This document shows, piece by piece, positions 54,801 to 64,000 of a DNA stretch of 64,000 nucleotides. Position numbers and translations under genes: made by a program. This DNA is from Lingula anatina. Taxonomy: Eukaryota > Animalia > Brachiopoda. How positions within the stretch are numbered: position 1 is the stretch's first letter; every line of letters begins with the position of its first letter. The notes below the pieces were generated by a model, which saw only the letters and a program-made list of their open reading frames with translations, was not told the origin of the DNA and searched no databases. The DNA is taken from positions 9,858,001-9,922,000 of the forward strand of contig CM120641.1 in the NCBI GenBank assembly GCA_051362555.1. The letters run 5' to 3'.

Positions 54801-56525
54801 AGATAGAAATTGTAGGTTTGTTATGCATCAGTAGTGGAGATTGATCGGTATGTTTGATGAAGATAGGGTAAGAGATCCTGTTAAGAGGTCAACTTGTGTT
54901 ATTCAAGTATTGTGGAATAAGAGGTGGACTTCTTAGGCGGAATTGTGCCCCAAGGTTGAGAGAGAACTTGGCTATGTAAAATTGACAAAAAAGTGGTTTT
55001 TATGTGAGTAAAGGAAGTGATATAGTATTGTTCAGTAAGGACAAAGATTGAAATGACACATCTTTTCATATTTATTGGATATTTATTTTTTTCTTAGTAT
55101 ATCTGCTGATTTTTAAAAGTTTGGTTAGGAGGGATATTGTGACAAGGCCAAGTTGGTTGTTGCAGGTTCTCAACAGCTCAAGGTAAAAGTTTTTTTATAC
55201 CTCTTGTTGTGTAAAGATTTATAACACCAGAGTTATGTAAATATACATTATTATATATAGAAAAATACTTAAATCCCTTTTGTTAAAATTTTGATTTGGT
55301 ATTAAAGTGTGATTTGGTTACTCTGTGTATCCTTTGCACTCTTTGACTGTTAGTAGTCGGTACTTGTTAGTGAAAAGGTCTGATATTATGAATAAATAAT
55401 TGCAGAATTTTTTGTTTGTTTTTATTGCAAAGAATACTTGCATGTGCTTTCATAGTCACCATGGAAGCCAATAAATAGTTGGTCCATATCTTATTTTAAA
55501 AATTAACAAAATCAAACTTCAAGATGTGATCAATTAGACAAGTTTTATTTTTTACTCTTTGAATAAAATGGGGGGGAGGTATTAGCGCCTGGAGACCAAA
55601 TGACCTCCTTATGTCAGTCTTAAACCAAAGCTCATTGGAATATGCATATAACAAATTACTTATAAAAAGAATCAAGATACTTCACAATCATATGGGATAA
55701 ACTGGGATAAAAAGACAATCACAATGAATAAAATATAAGTGTTAATTCAACTGGGATAAATGTGATCTTTTCAACTACTTTGTCATTACCATGTTTTAAT
55801 GGGTACTAACATATGTATACATAATTCGATGTGATTTAAGTGAAAATACAATGCAAGGTCATTGTGTGGTGGTCATGTCATTTTCTTCTGCTTCAACTTA
55901 ATCATTTTAACGAATGATAAAATGCAAATAATGTACAATATGTAACAAATAAATTAGTTTCATGATTTGATATCTGATGAATATGTTTAGATTGTATTTT
56001 TACTAAAATACAAACAAAATACTTAACCTCAGTCAATCTCTGACTTTTATGTTATTGACATATAATGTATGTTATTATTTTAAGACTACTTCAAATCGAT
56101 CACTTGAACTGTCATTATTCATTAATTTGACACAATAAAAATTGGCAAATTACCGTTTTAAGATTTTAAAACCCACTGACTTGGAGCAGGCATTCTCTTT
56201 TATCACAAGTTTTAAACTGATAAAATAAACTGCCAGTATCTTAATGTTGCACATGTGTGAGTTAATTGCTTCAGTTTTCTAACTGAAATTTTTAAAAAAC
56301 CTTACATAATGGAAATGGGTGCAACATTTTGCTTGCTGGCTTTAGTTTTGTCTCTCAGACATCAGTTGCTGAGACAGCGCATTTCTTGTACTGGAATTCA
56401 ATGTATGAGCACTGTTTCTATTCCCATGTTTATTTTAATATTTATTCATACTTGCACTCTTCTATGACCAATAAAATGGCAAAAGCTACAGAAAAAAACT
56501 GCTAGCCTTTCTAGTAACAGGCTCT

Positions 56526-59500
56526 TCATTTTCCATCTTTACTTTCATATCTACTTGTATCTGCAGTCCTCCATGGCCAGAAAGATGAGAGAGAAGCAGC
56601 AGCAGACATTAGGCTGCCAGTCACTGCGCTGGTGGTCAATGTCGAGGCAGTCCCTGCTTCCCGAGTCCGACTCTGTGCCTGAGTCATCTTGGTGTCAGAA
56701 TCTCGGAAAGGGACAGGAATTTCTGGAATACAAGTAGGTACGGCCTCCCAGTCTTCTGGGATGTCCTGGAGTGTAAATCCTGGGAGAATATTGGAGTTGT
56801 CTTCCTCTTCTTCTTCACTGTCCGACTGACTACATTCCTCTTCTATGGACTGCATGAGATCAGGGCTCACTTGAAACATGCCACTTCTGAAAGCAAATTA
56901 TAATTAAGCTAATTTTAATATGTTTAAAGCTGAATTGTGTTCTTAGCATACAAGTTTGGCAAATGAATAAGGAATAAATAATTCAGTCCCCCAGCCTCCT
57001 CTTTCTAGCAAAATCAAATCAACAGAAAAAATACTTCTTACAACAGCAGTAACAGCATCCAGATTGCATACAAAGATAAAATTCATTCCTCTAAAAAAAA
57101 TTTAAAATTTCACATCAAATTTTTGTATGTCAAGGGTACAAAGTCAATAACAATATTGCATGTGAAGAATCCACCGCTGAAAACGGAAAGAAAATTGATT
57201 CAGCAAGTGACTCATTTAACATCATGCAACTAACCTCCCTAAATGAGCAGATTTCAGTAGCAGCAGCATGTTGTGTATGGTTTGCCTAGGGTGCAGTTTC
57301 TCTGGAGAAACGTTCTGCGTGAAACAAAGATGGAGCACCTGGTGGTTCAGTCTGTTCACAGCACTATTGAACTGCTTCTCTGTTAAATCACAGCCAAAGA
57401 ATTCACTGAAACATTAGAGCAGATATCTGTGAAACGTTGATCCTTCTATGATCCCTATATTTCATGCATTTAGGAAGGCTAGTTTGAATTGTTCACATGA
57501 TTTTCTTCATTAAAATGGATCGACACAAAATCTGATTGCAAACAGATGTAATTTGCCTGTATAATGATCAGTGCAATGCTTTTTAAAACCAGTTTCTTCA
57601 AAAGGGTAGTATCCTTAGGCTACATTAAACAAAGAATTCAATAAAGTATATAATCTTCTATTCCTGTTGGCTTTAACTATATGAATTTTCAGCAAGGTGT
57701 TTAACAAATTTCATACTACATAATACTTTACCTATAACAGAGTCTTTTAGGCAGGTTCACATCCAGTATAAAGGCCAGCACCTGTGTAATCTGTGTGGTA
57801 TAACCCAGGGCAGCGCACAGAGTATAGGCTGGGTTAAGATGACCTAGCTCTCCCTCAGCACTGTGCTTCTTATCAGCTTGAGAAACTGGAAAAAGGTAAT
57901 TCTATATTATATCATTTTTATTTATTTTCATTATTTCTATCATTCCAATAGTTTTTGCTGAAAAGCAGTTTTGAAATTTTTGAAAGCAGTACTAATTTTC
58001 TTTACATCTGTATCAGACTCTATTTGGCAGAGTGTCAATACATCTTGAACTTAAATTTTCAATAATAATCTGAAAGCCCTCAAGGCTTGAGAAATTTTGT
58101 TTTAACACGTATAATAATATAAAGTGAGGAAAACCTCCCCCAAAAATAATAAAAATATTTTTGCGGCAAACAATTTATAACGCAAACTATGAATTTATCT
58201 TTGTGACACAATTTACAACATAAATCATGAAATAAAAATCACCAGTCAAAAGTACTAAGCTACGACTGTTATGCACATCTGACTTTTGGCTACTCATTTT
58301 CATAGTTGTAAATAGTTGTAAATATTTCATTTTAATAGGAATTAAAATTCCTAACCTATACCATATCACAGTAAAAGTAATACTCACTCCACGCACAGTA
58401 TGCCGAGTAGTCTCCATGGCCAGGCAATTTAGGGTCCACCACCTGATACTGTAACTCCCCTCCATTGTCAGTGTATATCCACTTCCCTCGTACATAAGCC
58501 GTCCTCCTGGCCTCTGCTAGTGCACTCACTGTACTCAACTGCATACTGTCTACCTCACTGCTGGCATGAAATTGAGCATTACAAAGGAATTGCATTGATA
58601 ATTTTATCTAAACTCTGGCACAACAAAAATGAGTGCCTGTGTAATCTATTTTTGTAATTCACAAGTTTAACTACTATTCAGTAACATTCTTGTAATCAAT
58701 TATTTTACAAATTATTTTTACGTGTAATTCAAACCAGCTAAAATTGTACCGAAAAATAACATTGGCATGTAAAAATATTAGTAGTTTAGCTTCACACCTT
58801 TTTGGTTCTATCTCCTTGATGGAGAAGATGAAAGTTCCAAGTTCGTCAATCCTCTGTCTTCTTATTTTACTCAATTCATCTTCACTCTCTATTAAAAAAC
58901 CCTCTCTTGTCTCCATTTTATTTTGGCCATCTTCCATGTATTTAAGTATTCTTTTGAGTTTTTCTTGTTGCTTCTTAACTTTAGAGTTTTTATAAGCATT
59001 GTTCTTTTTGATGGCTTTTAAGTTGTCTTGATCTGAAGAAAAAACATTTTAAAAAACTGCAAACTGTGATATTATGAAGACTTTTATGGTCTATTCTGAC
59101 AATGGTAAGAAATACTGATGCTTCTAGGATATAAAATAAAAGGTGTCCTCTTGTGGTAGAAAAATCATTGTGGTATTGTGGTAAAATCATTTGTTATTAA
59201 AGGAAGAGCTTCTTTTATTTAATAACTTTGAATTTACCACTTTTTTTTCTTTTTATCCCCTTCTTTCTAAAGGCATCATATGGTAATGGCTCCATCATTT
59301 CAACCAGGAAAAATTATCAATTACATAATTTTGGAATCATCCAAAAAACATTTTTATGTAGATTTTAGTGCTTTTACAGTAAAGAATATAATTTTAAGGT
59401 AGTTTGCTTTTCAATTGTGTCGCTACCATTCAAGTTGAGGTAATGCAATGTGACAGAAAGCTTTTTCACCTCTTGCTTCTTTGCTTTTGACTTCTTCAAT

Positions 59501-62500
59501 AGCTTTCTGCAGTAAATTCAGCTTTTTGGTGTAGAGTTGTATCTCAGTTTTCTTGGTGAATAAAAGATAAAAAGAAAGTAAAATGCATGGAGTAGGGATT
59601 ATTTCAAAACAAACAAGTTTTTCTTTAGTAGTATTGATATTATATAACTTGAACATGCCATGTTTACAACATGGAAACTGTATTATTTGTTGTCCAAAAA
59701 TAGTAATAATACATAAATAATAATAATAAATAATAAATTCAATGGGTTAAGATGGCAAAGACCTTAGATAGAAGAAACAAGATTCAACAACAAATCTTAG
59801 TTTTGCAGACAAGCTGGATAGCAAATGTGATCTTTACATAGGACACCCAGGAAAAACTATCAAAGACCAGGCAAAAATCTGTTTAACTGGAGTTAATTGC
59901 ACTAATAATTCGCACTAAATGCCGCCGACAAATAAAAAAGTCAATATATATGTTGATAAATATGTTGTATATAATACAAACAAATTCTCATTAGAGAAAT
60001 ATTTAAGTAAGCAATAAGTACATAATTTTAAGTAAAACCCTTATGCAATACTAGAAAAATTACTTTTCTAGGACTCACCTTAGCATCGATGTCAAGATGC
60101 TTTTGCACAGCTGATTCTACCCTGAAAAAATTATTTAAATAAATCAATGCATATACAATTTTTGATTCCAAAAATTTTTGACAAGAAAATTATAAAATAG
60201 ATTTGTACTACATATCAAATGCTTCTTAGGCAGAATGCCCTTCACACCTACTGTATCCCATTTACAAATCTAAAATTCTGTTTTTCTAAAATCAGTCATG
60301 TAGTGATGTTGATCAATGTTTTCATTTTCAAATATATCAATTTTGCAATTTACTTAATTCTAATTTTGTTTAATGTATTTACAAGAAACTTCAAGCCCGT
60401 TCAAATATAATGAGAGCTGAGCTCACTACAGTGCTTTACGGTAATGTGCCAAGCATTTCGACGGGCCCAGTCAATCCGACCACAAAAATTATTTTATAAA
60501 ATTAATTTTTCTGGGCTCAAACAATTAGTCCATACGTCAAAATCATGGGACAGAATTTTTTTCTTGTTCCGATTGTTCGACCACATCGTCGACAAGACTC
60601 GGTAAATTTTCAAGCCAGTGAAATAGATGCTGCATGCCTCGGCCCTTTGTCAATTGTTGTCCTTTTAATAGCTCTCGTCAATGAGGGAGAAACAATTAAC
60701 TGAAGATCTAATCTGGAAGCATGACGTACCTGTCTTTTCCTTTGTCCCCGATGACAATAATAGTGCTTATAGACATACAAATTTTGCTAATTAAGCAGAC
60801 TTGCCCTCGCTGACTGATTCATCACGCCCGTAACTGGGGAGGGGGGGGGGGGGTAAAAAAAGGTCTATTCTGGATGAAACCAAATATCGACAGTGGGTAG
60901 AATACGTCGTAAACACCTTCATATAGACCATATATCCCGTTTGCTAGTAATAAAAAGTTTGGGAAGAATAAGCAATTTATTTTCAAGTTCGATTGAAATA
61001 TATATGCAGATGGGGAAACGTTCTTGAAGTCAACACCGCAAGATCTTACATTTACTACAATCGACCGAAAGATCAGCGGGATCGACCGCCCAGACTTCTT
61101 GGCGCCAAATACCACGCGCTGTCAAAATCTGACGAACACGTGTCGCTGTTCACCTACATGGATAACTGATTTGTCAACAATAAAAATTACGTCTTCCTTA
61201 ACTCCATGGGAGCTTCATAGAGAGTTCCACTGGGTATTTACGTTACCTGTGAGTCACTTTCTATTTCCCCAGATGCATGAAATGTTGATAATATTTAGCG
61301 TAATCCACGACGAACTCCATTCCTGTGACCCCCCTCCCCCAAAATGGGACCATCTTCATTAACATGTGGTTTGCGCTATGCTGGAGCAGGCCAGATAAAA
61401 GCAGTCTCTCATTTCTGCATGTGCTCAATTCTCACGTCAAATTATAAATGCACCTGTTTTGTGAAAATTATGGCAAGTAAATGCTTTTTTTACGTTCGGG
61501 TTGTATCAGTGGGGTTTTCAATATGCACCGTGGTTTGTGCACAGCGAGAGTATATAAGTAAGAAAATCGGAAGAGTGCAAGCAAGATACTGTATGTCTAT
61601 CGGCACAGGTACGCTCCGTATTTTGCCTTTTCTCAATATGTTTTTATATGACATGCTTTTTAAATAAAATACTTAATAGTAATTTTAAGTTACACTGATT
61701 TCCGTTTGAGTACCAGTTGGTATTTTTTGATACGGGTGATTGAATTTTCTTCAGAAGTACGTACGTCTACGCCTCGACGCTGAGCAAGCCTTGCGGGTTG
61801 AAAACAACTGATCTCAGACTGGTAAAAAATTTCAATTCGGTTGATTTCAGTTGTCATATTAAAATTCAAATAGGGCGTACGTAAATCACATAACTGGTTT
61901 AAGTCCACTAAAGCTACTGGTTTCAAGTATAAGTGACCGGCCTTTGTTTACAACACCCATCTCCGGGCAAATACTCGTCCCACTTGTGAAGCGCATCATG
62001 AAAGTGATCGTAGGTGAGGGAAATATATAATTAAAAATTATAATTGTCGTCTTTTTTAATGTTAAGTAATGTTAGCACATATTGTACACAGCAAAATAAG
62101 ATTTCAGGAGGTTAAAACATGCCTGAAACACGTGTTAGGCGAAAATTGCGGCTTATCTTGCGTAACACTTCCGGTAAAATGCAACACTTCCGGAAAGATG
62201 GACGTTTTGGCAGATGCCCCTAACAATCCGACGATATCAAAGGTTTCCATTTGCTGTATTTTAATCAATTCGACCAAACTGACATTTCCATGAAATTAAT
62301 TAATTAATCTTGGTCGAATTGTTTGGCATATTACCGTAATTGCAAAACTAATCTAATTGAATACATAAATTGAATTATATGTATGTATAAGTTTGGGGCA
62401 TTCTGCACAAGTAACCATCAAGTGACATCTATTGCAGCATATACTGTATATTAATTAAACATGTCTGTCAAAGGACATTTAGTTAAAATATTGGGGTAAA

Positions 62501-63076
62501 GTACAAAAACTGACATGCAGAAACACCACCGCATGTTCTGCAAAACGAAGCACGACAGAGGCTACATCGTAACTTATGACTCAGCAATAACATACAACAT
62601 GTGTTAAGATGTACCTTGCAAGAACTTTTGATCGTTCCTTCTTCAGCGCATGCCATTTTCTTAACTTCACTGAAAACCTAAAACAGTTAAAATGAAACTT
62701 ATTATTGCATTTTAGTATAAATAAAATGCCTCATGTGTTTGAAAAAATATATATGAAGGAGGTAATGGTAAAATCAAGTTTTTCATGGAGCATACTATAT
62801 AATATATCATATATAATGGTAGCCAGCAGTAGCTTATCATATACTCATATACAAGTGTAATCCTTACTTATCACGATTATCTGGATTTTCGCATTTGGAA
62901 TGTGCAAAGTTCCCGTCTCTCAGACAGCGTTGACAAGTAAATGGGCGTCTTGAATTTCTACATAGAGGACATCTTTCAACTGCAACACTGATCCCACCTT
63001 CTGTGTCTTCAAAAGAGGATGAAAGTTGAAAAATATTGGGTGCTATACTGCTTCCTGTGCTACTGCTGGCTGCCAT
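56526..63076 (-). CDS. ATG14: Beclin 1-associated autophagy regulator ATG14/Barkor
   Basis: Exons approx. 63076-62868, 62677-62615, 60121-60079, 59553-59472, 59032-58797, 58560-58388, 57886-57731, 57406-57235, 56887-56526. Peptides VAVERCPLC...FTCQRC, coiled coil, LAEARRTAYVRGKW, GDYSAY, ILDVNLPKRLCY and the BATS-like SLMSAAASLSSFW. Confidence 0.95.
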
Positions 63077-63085
63077 TTGTTTGCG

Positions 63086-63093
63086 TGACGTCA
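63086..63093. promoter_or_regulatory. Full CRE palindrome TGACGTCA just upstream of the ATG14 start
   Basis: Exact 8-mer about 10 nt upstream of the start codon in a CpG-retaining region. Confidence 0.5.
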
Positions 63094-63394
63094 GTTTTGT
63101 TTTGGGAAAATAGAACAGGTGCTTGGGGTTTTTCAGCAATTCATAGTGCTCATATGAATACGACACATTGAGTTTCATACTTGTAATGGACATACAGATA
63201 TTTCATTATTTTTATTCAAAGGTAAATTGTATTTACTAAGTTATAAGAATAAATCCATCTTAATTATTCTCCGACTAATTTTGCTCCCTGTGCATTTGAG
63301 CTCTTTTATTAAGGAGTATGGAAAGTAAAGAAGTAAACATGAGTGATGGCGAAAAAAAAGAAACAGATGACAACTACTGCTAGTAGTTTTAGAC

Positions 63395-63537
63395 ATGGCC
63401 AGTTTGTATGATCCGAGCATTCTGCTTTTAAACATGGAAGAAGACACATTTTCGCAATCTATGAATGCCGATCTGACATATACCGCTGTGGTGACTGTGT
63501 TGGCCTGCACTGCTGTCATAGTCGTTTTGTTGTTTCG
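63395..63537 (+). CDS. Probable first coding exon of an unidentified divergent gene with an N-terminal membrane anchor
   Basis: ATG at 63395 reads MASLYDPSILLLNMEEDTFSQSMNADLTYTAVVTVLACTAVIVVLLFR and ends at a good donor CG|GTATGT; head-to-head with ATG14. Confidence 0.5.
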
Positions 63538-63793
63538 GTATGTCAATCTTTAGCACGGAAATTCATGCGTTAGCACACCTATAAACAATCTCTGATTTTT
63601 ATAAGCTTTTACTTTCAACTTTTCTTAAAACGTGTCCAAAACAATGGTCAAGTGATTTCGACACAGGTGCAGTTCCCAAAGCAGTAGTTTGGCCAGTTCC
63701 GAAGCAGGATGCAATATGAAAATCTGATACGTACTGTGGGGACACAACTAGCTATTATCATCAGTACTCCCTTTTGTCAACATAACACGTCAC

Positions 63794-63951
63794 GGGGGCG
63801 TCTCGATAGTCCGAAGGTTCATTGGTCCGAAGGTTCATTGGTCCGAAAAGTTGTAACATTTTCATCGATTTTTTAATCAAGGGTTCATTGCTCCGAAGGT
63901 TCTATAGTGAACATTCGGACCAGTGAACCTTCGGACTATCGCTACGGCCCC
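63794..63951. mobile_element. Non-autonomous DNA transposon with TIRs, internal 16-bp repeats and an 8-bp TSD
   Basis: TSD CACGTCAC at 63786-63793 and 63952-63959; TIR GGGGGCGTCTCGATAGTCCGAAGGTTCATTGGTCCGAA versus TTCGGACCAGTGAACCTTCGGACTATCGCTACGGCCCC; tandem GGTCCGAAGGTTCATT units. Confidence 0.85.
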
Positions 63952-64000
63952 CACGTCACATGACTTTATGTACAATGTAGAATATAGTGCATTCACTTTT

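Noticed and set aside
219-63546. Most short ORFs in the supplied track
   Set aside because: They are intron read-through, shadow frames of real exons or low-complexity translations.

Overview
AT-rich, intron-dense eukaryotic DNA, most likely from a lophotrochozoan-type invertebrate (taxon inferred, not determined). It holds seven conserved multi-exon genes: MTA1-like (+, 5'-truncated), INTS7 (-), COMMD1 (+), mitochondrial ACSS1 (+), ABCD4 (-), BAZ1A/ACF1 (+) and ATG14 (-), plus the probable first exon of an eighth, divergent gene. The most notable signal is five copies of a box C/D snoRNA, each in a different MTA intron. Each copy appears to carry two rRNA guides: a SNORD25/snR56-type 18S guide and a SNORD69-type 28S guide. 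The 18S guide is also a perfect 12-nt antisense match to a 5' splice junction of the neighbouring INTS7 pre-mRNA. Other observations are a U12-type intron in INTS7, five GC-AG introns, candidate MTA microexons, several MITE-like foldback elements, CpG-rich promoter islands and a promoter-like segment inside ATG14 intron 2. Exon boundaries were read by eye. rRNA and homolog sequences are recalled from memory and need database confirmation.
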